64,000 bases of DNA from Ylistrum balloti (Eukaryota), in contig NW_026782024.1 of assembly GCF_031769215.1 (NCBI RefSeq), positions 620,001-684,000 of the forward strand. Direction: 5' to 3'. The notes below the pieces were generated by a model. That model ran no database searches, was not told the DNA's origin, and worked only from the letters and a program-made list of their open reading frames with translations. A program made the translations under genes and the position numbers. Shown here one piece after another: positions 47,901-61,608 of the stretch (position 1 is the first letter of the stretch; every line of letters begins with the position of its first letter).

Positions 47901-50900
47901 CCGGGAGTGAATTCCTCCTTCCATCCAGAATGCCGGCCTGGGATCAGGACTGGTGCTGGTGCTGATCTACATTGACATCAACCATGCAAATGAACGACAT
48001 AGGACACTATTTTAGTTATATATAACATACATTTATTACTAATTTACTCTAGGAACTGAAAAATGATTTTTTTTAATGCTTGAGTCCTATATCTAACAAC
48101 TTTTCAAATTTTATGCTTCGATAGAAGCATGTTTGGAATTTATGTCATAGTAAAAAACTGCCCTTGTTTTTAATTGGCAGTTAGATGTTTAGTAATTGAA
48201 CATCTGACTTCGAAACGCCACTTTAGTCCGAGTGTTGGAGAGGTCATTTCCGGGATGATATATCCACTCTACATTTCATTGGTTTGTTGTTATAAGTATA
48301 CCTGTATCAAGACCTGTTATATATGAAATGGATCATCGGTGACATGTGAAATTCCTTAGTTCAATGAACTTTTCATTCGTTACTTACATCGAAACCAATA
48401 TGGATAGCTTTCCATCAATTTCCCTATTTTTCTATTTCTAGATAGCAAAACACCGCATCCACAACTTTAAAAGTCGTAGTTGATTCGACAGTCTATGGTA
48501 TGTTTCGATTATCACAGTTTTACTGCAAGAATTCAACTGACAAACGTCGGGTTTTAACAGATGCAGGTTGATGAAAATTGTGGAGAAGCTTACGGTCGTC
48601 ACAGTTATCTCAGTGAGTCCTAATTTATTCCTTCGTGCGATATGACACTGGGTGTGTTTAATGCTAGTTAGTTTGCCTGTTAGTTCCGTTCTTTTATACC
48701 TAGTTCTCATTTGAGAACGTGACATTACTTACTTGGATTAACCAAGGTTTACATAGCGGGTGTCGTCGATGATGCAGACGACGCTTACTCTTCCGGAAAT
48801 TCCTATCTTATTCTCTTTGTTCTTCTTCACGAGTCTCCGTGTAAATCTTCCTTATGTTCATGTTTAGCCTTTGTTTTATTGACTTTGAGTTTGGATTATG
48901 ATAATGTTGACATGTTTTGGTATTTTCTTGTTTCTTATTGATATTTTTTTTCTACTTACACTATGTCTAAACAAAGGAATTTAGATAACCAACGAATTAA
49001 AAGAAAATAAATCTTCAACGAAAATTAATAATCATATTAGTGACGATACTTTTAACCACTCATCATATCTAATACTTCATATGTTGATAAACACATCATG
49101 AAATTCAGATATTATAATATTCATTATTCAAAACTGCATACACAATCGGTACATAGGTACAAGAGACAAATATTTTAGCAAAGCCGTTGTAAAAAGTTTA
49201 GAACTTTAAATTACATTACCTTGATACCATTGATAGTTCGAGCTTCATAGGATTTCGTTATTTCGAACAATGAGGCTTTGTCGGTGTATGTATCAGTAAT
49301 GTTCTTCATCCATGCCTCGATCTTGTAAACAGAAAGTTACCGAAAGTTGAATAGTGGGTTTTAATCTTATTTCGATGTGGTGATGTAATATATGTATATA
49401 GGAAAAACGCTACCTCAATTTTGCATCAAGTTCAAATGTTCACATGGATATTTCAAAATGAGATCAATTAACTGCTTACATTAGTTTAGAATTATAGTGT
49501 GTAGCACATATAACCTTGGGAAAATTATTTCAGAATCGAATCTAAGCATACTACTAGGAATTCACACACTTCTTCTATAATTAGAATAGCTTATGGAAAT
49601 GATTTGGAATTATTAATATACTCGTCAAATGACCTCTGTACAGTAAAAACATGTAAAATGCAGCATTATTATCACATCAATGAATAGGAACTCGAAAATT
49701 ACCCTTTGTATTACGACTGTTTATTTTACAGTTTGTTTATACTAGTTTATCTAGATCAGTCTTTACAGTATTCATGAATTTAATTCTGAACTGACACCAA
49801 ACCAAAAGGGTTTTCATGGGATAAAAATCCGATTAAAAATGAAATTTACCTCGCTTAGTGTGTGATACTGTGAGTAATCGAAATCGGCTTCCACGTCATA
49901 GTTGACGTGTTTCTGAGCGTCTATCAACTTCTGCACGTCATCTATGATAACCGTTGGAAAGATTCCCCACAAACTGAAGGAAGCATATAAACGCTGGAAC
50001 ACTTCTGGGGACATGCTCATATCCACAGGCACACCGACCTGGCGAGGGGCGAGCCAGAAATCCACCTGCAAATCGAAACACATGAAAGATTTACAAAATA
50101 CACACAAATGAATAACATTATGACAGTAGAGCCAAACATTAATTTAAACTGCATCAACATATGTTTCGTCCTTCTAAGATTCGTCTGTGATGATAAGATC
50201 TTAGATTTTAAATATAGGAGGCAACTGAGGAAAACCCAAATTGATCGAAACAAATATCAAAATTTGTACATTTCTGAATTTTCATATATCTGATAATTTG
50301 ATAAGAACGGAAAGTACATGTGTATATTCTGTGCCATGTCAATATTCAAATAGATTAGAACATGACATGCAGGTTACGGCAAACCTCGGGAACTAAACGT
50401 CCACTACAGAAAATACGATACCGGAAGATACCATGTTAAACTTATCTCGAATCAATTCAATCATACTGTTTTCATTTGTGATTATAACAGTTTGAGGAGT
50501 ACTTGCAATAAACCCTATACAAACAAGAACTTGCTTCGTGATTTTTATATAGATCTGACGTACCTTGTCATGACCCGTCTGTCCCTGCAACGCTTTCAAG
50601 GCCAGTAAATGTTCATACTTCTGAGGAACTACCCTTACCACTTTGTATCTACATAGAAAAGAGGTCTACCGTGATTAATCTATGATCAAATCAACCATGT
50701 GGCTCAATGCAGATAGGAAAAAATCCGAAGCATTGCTAAAAAATTGATAGTGTAAATTCTCAAAGTCATTAATGATAGAGACATAACTGTGCCTGTAAAC
50801 GCAACTAAGGTTTGTGTTCCCAATATATATCAAACATAACGTTATGTGCTAATGTTGGAATCCAATGCAATGATACCACCGGCAAATGTATTGTGGACCA

Positions 50901-51395
50901 TGGCGAATCAACATAAGTAAGACAGACAAAACTCTGTTGTTATTGTATTCTGGGCATATAGAAAGCGATTCCCAATTCTACCCATATGCAGCTATTGAGG
51001 ACATACCGCGTCGCGCATGCGCGGATTTCTCGCTCCAGGTGAACGATTTTTACTATAGATTACATAATATTGCAGTAGTGCGAGATATATGAAAAATTAC
51101 CAAACCATCCATTTTTTAATTTACATTTTTACATGAATTGAACCATATTCAACACTTCTATCTAAACTTTTCCTTTTTTTGCGGGGTCGTACATTTGATC
51201 TCATTAGAGAAACACCCTAAAAGTTCAATAACTGTAGTTAATCTGATATCCAATACAACACTTTGTAGTTTTGTATGCTTATGAAATTTTTTATGAATTA
51301 ATGTGTTAACCTTACCCGTCATATCTGATCTCTGAGCCGCGTGCCAATACGAATATCGTAAGGACGACCAGCGCCAGGGTGGATACCCTCATCAT
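44908..51395 (-). CDS. M14A metallocarboxypeptidase preproenzyme, copy B, 10 exons, 416 aa
   Basis: Exons 51395-51316, 50648-50564, 50065-49850, 49321-49220, 47966-47859, 47289-47188, 46628-46544, 46408-46209, 45991-45907, 45095-44908; identical exon sizes to copy A, all catalytic and zinc residues kept. Confidence 0.96.
48395..48930 (+). mobile_element. Penelope-like fragment, copy B (shorter at its 5' end)
   Basis: Aligns with ~22360-22900. Confidence 0.6.
50151..50193 (-). ncRNA. Degenerate hammerhead (HHR4) in carboxypeptidase B-copy intron 2
   Basis: Minus strand: TCATCA-CAGACGA-ATCTTAGAAGGAC-GAAA-CATATG-T-TGATGC; shares U4A/G10.1A with HHR3 and has also lost the cleavage-site A. Confidence 0.7.
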
Positions 51396-54356
51396 GATGG
51401 ACATGGAAAAACAACACTAATCTTTTCACTTACCTAGACTATAAATATGTATAGATATATATATAATCAGTATTATTGATACACATTACCCGAGTACCAT
51501 GCTCAGTATAGATAACAGGTGCTACAGTTTGTGGTATCACATGTGGCGCGTGTCACGCTGTCCAGGTAGTCTCGTGCTCTAGACACTTAAATACATTGCC
51601 TTTATAATCATAAGATAAACCTAAAACATATGGAAGGTTTATCTCTACATCACAATGAAAATAGATACATATGTTTGTATACCTTACATAAGGATTAAAA
51701 AAGAGCCAATTAAAAAAGTCTCTATTCCTTGATCTTTATGTCACGATCCCATCTGATAATGTTTCCATCCTTCAGTCTAGCATATTCCATATTCCAACGC
51801 AAAGAAACAAATGTCCTTTTCTCGTTGTGAGTCTTTAACGAAAGATGATCAGCGGTTCAAATATATGATTTTAAACCATACTGGGTGATATTTCGTGAAA
51901 ATAACAGCCCATGACAAGGAGAATTATATTGAGGATGAAATCATGAAAATGATTCAGTGATAAGATCTTCCTAAAGACTATTTACATATCCATGTGGTCA
52001 CTATACCCTTCTCTTGACTTGTTTATGATTACATAAGAAGCTAAAATATCGAAGACCATATCAATTATCATCATGACCAAGTTCTAAGATTGATATATCA
52101 ATGATGTATTGTTTTAAACTATTAGTGGCAAGAATTGTATTGAGCATGGCCATATTACATACCTATCAGAACAGAAATGTGGACGCTGTAACATGGGTGG
52201 GACAAGCCAGCGTAGTCTCGATTAATGGACAAGAAAAGAAAACACGATAGAGCTTTTGTTTAATACATTGTCAATTTAAATATTTAACAATTTAACAAAA
52301 CTATATGCACAAACTATGAAGGTACCGGACACACACTGCAAACATGCCACTTCCGCTCAGTCATTAAGTCTCTGTATGGTCATCCCGTACAATTGACGAA
52401 CTAACGCCGAATTTTCTGCAGCAGCTTGAAGTGGTGGGACGCGAACATTGAAAACATCCCTGATTTTCCAATAAACAGCTGGATCCACTGATAGGTGTCC
52501 AAATGGAAAGCACGCTCATGCTCAATGGTCTGTCTGCAACAGACACCAAATGTCTGTACAGCCTCCCAACACGGCCAAGTCCTTGGTTCAAACACACGGC
52601 TTCATCAATATATCCTCAACGTACACACAACTGTGGTTTGGTGATCCACTTAAATTCAGCAGTCTAGACAATGAAACTGCATTTTTTCAGGAAGCTTGTC
52701 CAGAATAATGACACAGCTTCTTACACCATCCTTATATTGCTGTAGAAACAGAAATACAAATACACATTGTCACCACACATAACTACCAAACATACTATTA
52801 GTCAAAGGAGTTACTCCCTAGTTGAATAACAGTTAACAGCATTCTAACAGGATGACCATGTGCTACCTATGGGTTTCCATACAATAAATTTCTAATAGCA
52901 CTAAAGTGATAAGAAGTTAAATATATACAACGTATAACCTATTTACCCTGTAAATGCATATTATACATGTTTGTAGTTGGAAGTACAATTGAAAAATTAT
53001 GCATAAAACTATTGAAACAATTATACAATATTTACCTTTTTGGACCGCATTTCAAGGATAAATAAAGCTTCAGCGCCCAATCTATAAATAAAATAGAACT
53101 ACAAATAAGCTAAACAATACTTACCTCACTCTGTATATCACACGTGCCTGTATAAATAGTACCATACTACTATAGACATGGACCGATAAAGCACTGTCAT
53201 GGTTTTTCACGTGCCCTTTAAGGAACACCAGTAGTGCCAAGACGGTAGAAAAATACCACACACACGACACACAATATACAAATAAAGACTCTTCTATAAC
53301 ATACGCTTACCTCTACCTATTCCTAATTTGTAAATGGAAGGCGCTTTTCATCATTTTTTTTTTTTTTTTAATTTTTTACATTTTTGCAAGTGAAATATAG
53401 AGAAATATCTCATTTTAAAAAAAGCTAAATAACACTTTAGCTGACTTAACACCAATGTAAAGAGAGAACACAAATCAACTTTCAAAAATACGGTAAAAAA
53501 ACCGCACGCACACATACATAAAACCAGAAGCCAGTTTACAATTTACTAGTAACACTACCTTCAATTCCGTAATAAATTTTTATTTTCATGAAAGTCAGCA
53601 AACAATGCAACACAGATTATCTTATCCGAGATGAAACCAAATCCAATACCAAAGGTCTTGAATGTGAAGCTAATACGTTAGACGTTTCAAGTGGATTCAT
53701 GTCATCAACGGCTGCATGTTGCAGCCATATTTAGAAAAAAAAACACGCACATAATATATTTGTTGCGTATTGTGACGTTATAATGAGTGGGTATTGTTCA
53801 CGAAAAGCCTAGTCAGCTTCCTCGTTTTATATCTGTTCTAAAAAGGCCAGTAATTTTGCTATTTTACTTGTGAAAATGTAATGAATAGAATATTTAATAG
53901 TTATTAGACACACCTGTGAAATATATTTGTTATTACTGAAGACACTATTAAACATCCTCTATATCTCTTTTTGAACATTCTTCAAATAATAAATTTGACT
54001 TTCACTTGGCATACACAAATATGCAGCTAATAGTTTAGGGTTGCCATCTAAAATGATGTAAATGTGTTTGCAGTCATATGAAACAACATAATGAGATAAA
54101 AGTGTTATCTAGAGATACTATCTCCGCATGAACCAGTATCTATGTTTGGGGTAACTGTGATGATAAGAGGACATCTTCGCTAGAAATAGTCCTGTTAACA
54201 GTTGTCAATAATCACAACCTAATTTCTAAACTACTAACATATATGCAGCTCAGTTTTTGTTATTGTTTTTTTTTTTATTATTATTATTTCTTAATTTTTG
54301 TTTGTTTGTTTGTTATGTTTTGTTTTTTCTCCTAACATCAACTACCTGAATTAGCT

Positions 54357-55054
54357 AGGGTTTCTGTCTCAATATCCCACACATAAAGTTGCCATGGTTT
54401 CTGTCTCAATATCCCACACATAAAGTTGCCATGGTTTCTGTCTCAATATCCCACACATAAAGTTGCCAGGGTTTCTGTCTCAATAGTTGCCAGGGTTTCT
54501 ATCTCAATATCCCACACATAAAGTTGCCAGGATTTCTGTCTCAATATCCCACACATAAAGTTGCCAGGGTTTCTGTCTCAATATCCCACACATAAAGTTG
54601 CCAAGGTTTCTATCTCAATAACCCACACATAAAGTTGCCATGGTTTCTGTCTCAATATCCCACACATAAAGTTGCCATGGTTTCTGTCTCAATATCCCAC
54701 ACATAAAGTTGCCAGGGTTTCTGTCTCAATATCTCGCACATAAATTTGCCAGGGTTTCTATCTCAATATCCCACACATAAATTTGCCAGGATTTCTGTCT
54801 CAATATCCCACACATAAAGTTGCCAGGGTTTCTATCTCAATATCCCACACATAAAGTTGCCAGGGTTTCTGTCTCAATATCCCACACATAAATTTGCCAG
54901 GGTTTCTGTCTCAATATCCCACACATAAAGTTGCCAGGATTTCTGTCTCAATATCCCACACATAAAGTTGCCAGGGTTTCTGTCTCAATATCCCACACAT
55001 AAAGTTGCCAAGGTTTCTATCTCAATAACCCACACATAAAGTTGCCAGGGTTTC
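54357..55054. repeat. 37-bp minisatellite, ~19 units (copy B)
   Basis: Same unit as 29534-31136; one truncated unit near 54480; GTTGCCATGG variants. Confidence 0.96.
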
Positions 55055-57135
55055 GGTTATATTATGTTCATACCCAGCATACATACACGTATGGTGTAAC
55101 GAGTACTGTGTAACGCGTGGGGAATATATGTTCACTTAACGACATGTTTAATATATCAAATGAAAATATGAATGTATTATTATAATTGCGCACACTCATT
55201 ACGGCTTTAAATTGTACGTGTTTCATCAATTTATTTACGAATGACCACTAGTGGTTATATATGAATTCAAGCTATAACTTCAAACTCAGACATATGAATT
55301 TTGTGTAAATTGTGAACAAAGCTCATATACCTGAATCCTTATATATATTAACACTATCGTTTTATTGTTACTACACACACACACCATAACCTGGACAATG
55401 GGAAGGACCTCAAACAGGTTACTCGAGAATAAGTTAGAATTACACGAAAATGTGCTTCACTATATATTTCAATAACCTGGCAATATATAAACAGATCTTC
55501 AGTTCTATGCTGTGGAAATTTTGTTTGAATTCCACTTTACGGGTACTCACAATGTGTATACAAATATATATACCTGAGTTTGCCCGGATTGTGCAATGGT
55601 ACAGCTTATATCAAAGCGTACCCACAATACCATACCCACTCGTTTCCATGTACATATTTCATCCATTCAATGTTACCAAAAGTGTTAGAGGTAGAATTCT
55701 GACGTATATATATTAACTCACACATATATACATATAGGAATATTTGTATACGACTCTAGCCTCGATATATTTTCAGTGTACAATGGTGCAATGTGTATAT
55801 AGTAATTGAAATAGACTAACCAGATAAATATATACATATTGATAGCAAATGACATGGTTGTTTAAAGTTTTTATTTTTACACGAAGCGGGGTACAAAACA
55901 ACCTACATGTACAAATGTACTATCGGGGAATCTTTTCAAATACAAAAGTCGTCGGCTAGGATGTCCTGAAATTCCTTGAGGAATTTTCATACAAGATCTT
56001 TTCAAGGAGATATTAGCTGAGGAAAATCTTGACTTGAGGAAATCTCAAGTTGAGATGTTTTATACAAGTGGGGCCTGGTTATTAATCGCATCCCGTAGGG
56101 GTATCAACGCCTCTTCTACTCTACTGTTCACAGCTGAGTTAAGAACATGGCTATCCGAGAGGGGCTGAGTGACAGCACTATCAATAGCTGGCTTCATGGG
56201 GTTGAGTAACAGGTTCGAAACCATTGTTTTGTTGCGTGGGTAGGAGCAATGTTTCTGCGAATTTGTTAAGAAATTTAGGTGGAAATATGATTAATGTAGC
56301 TGCAGTTAGGTGTGATAATGGACGTAGATGGGGATATCTTTTGTTTTCCGTATTTAACCCAAAGGTAGGGGAGAGAGGACTGTTCATCGTTTTCTTTTTT
56401 TTTTTTAAATAAAGAGTCTGACGTTGATCTTAACGGATTGGTGAAGACCATAGCTTCTTCGGATGTTATAGCAGGCTAAATATAGAATTCAGGTACACGT
56501 AACAAGCACACTGGTCACTGCAAAACAAGTATTTAAGCCACAAAGCACAGAAGTCAAAATATGGATTTTAGTCGTCCTTAGTCACTTATACATCGCTGAC
56601 ATCAACACTCTCAAAGAAATGCGTCCTAGAATATAGGTAATTACAAAAATATTCACCACACGACAACCACCGCTGACATTTGCTTGACCATCACGCGACG
56701 CATCCCTATTGTTCCATCTCACCAAAGAGTGCTTGCCTCTGACTAAAGCACATTTTGTATAGTAACATGTAAAGTATTGAATAACCGTAGAATTTCTATA
56801 AATTCTACACGGTAAGTCAATTTGATTTTCATTTTTAGCAATTGATTCCTTATCAAGTTACATTTTGATATATTTCTAAATCGTTAATAAAATAATACGC
56901 ACTTGCACATACATTAAAGATATGAGACAGGAGAATGTAGGAAGTACTATTTTCTTTTGATGCCTACTTGAAATTCTTAAATTCTTGGGACATCATTTTT
57001 TAGCGTGTTTAAGGGGAGGTTACTGAAATTTAGGGACTGTTAATGTTTAAATACAGTCAATTAGTTTAATACACAAACTTCATTTATTTTACAACAATTA
57101 CGAAACAGATTTTAAGCTTATATTAATCACTCTTG

Positions 57136-57270
57136 ATGGTCCCGGTGAAAACCAACGTGGTCGGGCAGGTGACCCCCATACCTTTTCACGTCTATTACGA
57201 AGAATAGAACCCCGGACGGCTAGGTGAAAGACGAATGCGTTGCCAGTGCACTGCGCCATCCGATATACCC
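57136..57270 (-). mobile_element. tRNA-derived SINE fragment (copy B)
   Basis: Counterpart of 32757-32895. Confidence 0.7.
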
Positions 57271-57674
57271 TTGTCGATTAGTGCTAATGTTCATTTTCAG
57301 TCATATACATTTCAACATTTTTCTGCATTTGAGGATATAAAAAAAATCAGGTTCAGTTGAATTTAACCTCTTTGTGCTCCAATTTCCCAAGCACATCAAT
57401 AACTACCCATACCCACAACCCCACCCTCACAATCACACATAGAAAAGAATACAAATAAGAACAATAATGATAAGATAAGATAAAAATTCATGAAGTTATT
57501 AAGACAGAAAAACTAGGTTTACTGTTATCAGTAACTATCCTCGCATAGCATCGAACGCTATTGTGCGATCATTTTGTTGCTTAATGTAGTTGTAAACGAA
57601 CGCGCCCGTATTTCGGTTATCCTCTTTTTCTCTTCGGGCGTTCTCGAGATTTTTTTTTCTTACATCAGACGAAG

Positions 57675-57720
57675 ATGGCTGCTCCATGCGCAAGATGCAG
57701 AGCAGTAATTTCGAATTTAT
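57675..57720 (+). CDS. Coding first exon MAAPCARCRAVISNL of a housekeeping-type gene (uORF of GLMN, or exon 1 of a host gene continuing to the right)
   Basis: AAGATGGCTGCT start in a CpG-rich promoter-like patch, donor T|GTAAGT at 57720/57721; both differences from copy A are synonymous. Confidence 0.6.
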
Positions 57721-58575
57721 GTAAGTATTTTAGTATATTTGTTTAAGCATTTAATGTCATGATACTAGCACGTTAATGTAAAGGATAGAAATATTAATAT
57801 TGTTGAAACATTTTCGTCAGAATTTGGTCGTCATACTGAAGAAATGAGATGGTTTAGCAGTAAACCGAACAAAAAGACGAGTCGTAGAAGTTAGATATGT
57901 ATGTAACAAATATGGCTATATAGGCAGATATGATAATATTATCAGATACGACTATACGTATATAGGACAGTTGTAAACAACTGAACTATAGCATGCTACA
58001 ACCATGGTGTGCACATCGAAAGAAAATGGACGAAGAATCTAGATGGTTAAAGGAATGTGTTTTGTCATAAGACACCATTTCCAGTGAGTTGGTTTGATTT
58101 CGTCGTTATAATTTCTGGTAATTCCATTCCTATATCATGCTGAAAATGTACAGGTGAACCGGATCTACATCAAGGGGATATTGATCTTCAGATGACACAG
58201 TGAGCGAATGACACCAATTTGGATGGGCTCGCCGTAGAGTTTGTTACTAAATAGGGTGTGTACATAATTCTGATGAAAATGCAATGATGAAATTCCCAAA
58301 AATTCACCTGATATTGAGCAAACATGCCAAAAACATTTATTTTGCTGACTTAAATTATTTGTCATCCATTTTTTCAATTTGCACAACAGAAAAGTGACTG
58401 GACCTCACCTATATAATTACATTTGACCCTTATACATATAATCAGATTTGACTACATAGCCAAGTATTCCTATGTAGCCAGAATTGTTAGTGCTTCAGTA
58501 CTATCTGGCTATGTATGTAGAAGTTGAGAGTACAGGTCGCTTAATTACTAGCCTTGGCAAATGAGACTTTGTCTT

Positions 58576-58640
58576 TAGCCAAGCAGTATAGTGTCCGAAT
58601 AGAGACCAAAAAGTCTCGAGTTTGAACCCCAGCCGTGGCA
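58576..58640 (+). mobile_element. tRNA-related SINE head remnant
   Basis: A-box-like TAGCCAAGCAG and B-box-like GAGTTTGAACCCC; no cloverleaf. Confidence 0.45.
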
Positions 58641-59279
58641 GGGTGTTTTTCATTACTCCTCTTTAATAAAGATTTGGTGCTGTTGACCACTCAAAGGGTA
58701 TCAAAGCTATAGGGAGATTGAGATGCTGAATTTGTGTTGTTGTCTTTAGGGTCAAAGATTTTGTGAAGGAGGAAGAGGTGTAGAAGTTGATAATATACAG
58801 ATCGCCTGATTAGCATACCTGCCAACTTTCCTGATTTAGTCGGTTAATTTTTTTAGTTCTGTCATTCCAATTTTCCAGTATCTGTGTAACAAAACCATCA
58901 GATCATTGGAAAACAGGGATGCAAGTAACGAAAATTGCAATAACAAAATTCAACCTACTAACAAAAATTGTGTACTATGACAAAAATCTTTTGTTTCTCC
59001 AACTCACTAAATTTGTCATCCATATTTTCAATGTACTAGTACATCTGACAATCGTGACCAGGTATCCTTATGACATATCTGTATACATTTTCTCTACTTA
59101 CAACATCTGACTATTTAACAAATTTTGCCAGAATTGGCTCCAGTATCTGCCTTGTAAATACTAGCCATAAGATTTGTAAGTCAGAGGTTTGAATCCCACC
59201 AGAGGTATTGCAATAGATAATGACTAGTGTTCCAATTAATGAAACTGGATATTTGACTTTAAGAAGGGTTTTTAAATGC

Positions 59280-60210
59280 AAAACAGACATCAGATGGATT
59301 GATGATCAAATCACATTTCTGTCCTTGTGCTGTTGTCTACTCCCTGAACATTTCTTCACTTCTTGTTGTCGTTTTTTCTTGAGAAGCACCCTGTGAACCT
59401 GTGGATTCTTTTCAAATTTAGATTCTCTTTGGTTATTTTAGTCATGCAGACCAATTAAACAAACATGGCTGACAGGCAACCAGTATTTATTTTCACTGTT
59501 AAGAGTTTGTTTTCGTTATTTCTTAAAAAGCACTGGAGGATCATTCTAAAATTGCCTATGCAGGGTCCTTTTTGTCTTTAATGGTGCATTTTCCCTTGTA
59601 GAGGATTACTGGATGGATTTTCTTGGTTCTTAATTAGTTGTACATTGTCCTTTTTGACTAAATTATAAGACAAAGTGGCCAAAAGGAAACTTTCTTGGGT
59701 TTTGACTATTAAACATTGTCATTGTATATCCTTGAGAAATAAAGGTTTCATCAATTATAAATTGCGTATTTAGGTCACCCCAACTAAGTCCCAATGCAAG
59801 TTGTGCATTGCCTATGATCGCTCAAAGGGCTGATAATTAAGAGTGAAAATTGGTCGCTGGAGGCCATCTTGAATTTTTAAGGTATTTTTTGCTTTTGTCA
59901 TTTCTGAAAAGTATAATCAAAGTACTAGACTAATTTTTTTTTTTTTACAAATTTGACATAAACTTCCCTTGGCAAGTTGTAAATACCTGTTACATCTTTA
60001 ATTGTGGACTGATAAGGTAAACAATAATAGCTGACAGGTGGCCATCTTGGATTTGGACAGATTTTATCATCAGTTTGCTTGAGAGGTGCACATCATACTG
60101 GTTGTGTCTTACTCAAATTAAGTATTACAATGAATTAAAAGCCCAGTAAGGAAAAGATCCAATTAAAAAAAATCATGATGGGCACCAGGACCCACATGGG
60201 ATCTCTCAAT
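59280..60210. mobile_element. HINE/MITE-like repeat remnants
   Basis: Repeated core motif AACATGGCTGACAGG..GGCCATCTTG(G)ATTT at ~59460, ~59860 and ~60030; TTTAGGTCACC start at ~59770; CCCACATGGGATCTC end at ~60190. Confidence 0.45.
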
Positions 60211-61608
60211 TGTATTAACAACCAAATAATTGTTTTTTTCACTGAAGGCATCTGAAACATTGAAATACCATTTCAACAGGAGAAATGTTGTACTACTCTT
60301 GAAAAAATTTCTAGATTTTGCTTCACTTTCTTTTTCCTTTGCTTAGCACTTCATCATCATCAATTCATATTTCATGTTGACTATCATGTCATTGAAACAA
60401 AGATTTAGTTCCTCATTATTATACATTGTAATACCTTTAGGGGTCACCATTTAATATATGAAATACAGTTTATAAATTGAACTTGAATGGAAATTAGATC
60501 TGTATATCTCAAAGGTAGATGTTACCTTTGGATAAAGTTGAACTCCTGAAATACGCTGAAAATGTTGCTGCTTAAGAAGTTAATAATCCACCCGTACCTG
60601 GGTTTACGACTTGATATTGAATAATTAGATATAACTGAAAAAGAGACAACTTTTTCCAAAAGTTTCTACCTATGTTGTCATTGATTATTTTAAAAAAAAA
60701 TCAACTATTTTTATCATTTATATCACTATTTTGCAAGGCATTAACATGCCTGGGAAATTTTATTCATGAAAATATAAGATCTTCAAATTTCTTCTGCAAT
60801 AAAAATTGCCATTAAAATGCTGTTGTCATGTTTGGTAATACCATTTAGGTGACTTAAAAGCTGCCATTTATCTAAGGCTATTTGTGACTTTTAAATTTCT
60901 TTAAATCAACAAACAAATATTTGAAATTGAAGCAGGATTCATGAAAGCTATATATCCTTTTATATTCAGATCACAAAATTTTATTTGTTGAAATTTTCTT
61001 TTCTTGTTCTAAATTAGAATTGTGAAAATTTTGACCAACCAACATATCCAGCAATACGATGCAAGCGAGCCATATCTTCATTACCTTGAGTAGACAATTT
61101 CACTTCACATAGATTTCATGATTCATTTTTTGATGATTGCTTTAAGTCTCATAAGCTGTTTTCATTTGTCTTACTACACAGTTATAGAAGAAATGAAAAA
61201 AACTTGCTGAGATGCATATGACTGTATGAGCTTATTTAGAAGAGAACATAATTTTTTTGGGCACATCAAATAAGATACATATGTATCTTTATATTTCTTA
61301 TCCTGCTTGAATATTCTAAAGTAATGAGAATACAATTGTTTTGATTTCGCACAAATGAAATTTTAAGAGACACTTCATTCCTGTTATTAAAAACTGGTAG
61401 TTTGTATAGACAGTGCCCAGGCTCTTTTGCTATTGTAATACACACGTGTACCTATGGTAAAAAAATATTAATTCTTTTTGTCTTAATACATACAATATAT
61501 GCTTAAATGTAAATATTACACCCAGCAAGGTTCTTTCATTTTTTTCTTGCAGTGTGAAAATATTTTGAGGAGGACACTATACTGATTGGAACAGTTCAGA
61601 AAAACAAA

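Larger units (their letters stand above)
33623..57987. repeat. Tandem segmental duplication, unit B (~24.4 kb incl. YR-element insertion)
   Basis: Starts TTCGTAATAAGAAATAGCAT (33623), ends CAACTGAACT (57987); collinear with unit A. Confidence 0.95.

Noticed and set aside
58150-58210. Possible exon 2 for the MAAPC gene at TGTACAG|GTGAACC
   Set aside because: Weak polypyrimidine tract; frames checked hit stops within ~17 codons; no good donor.
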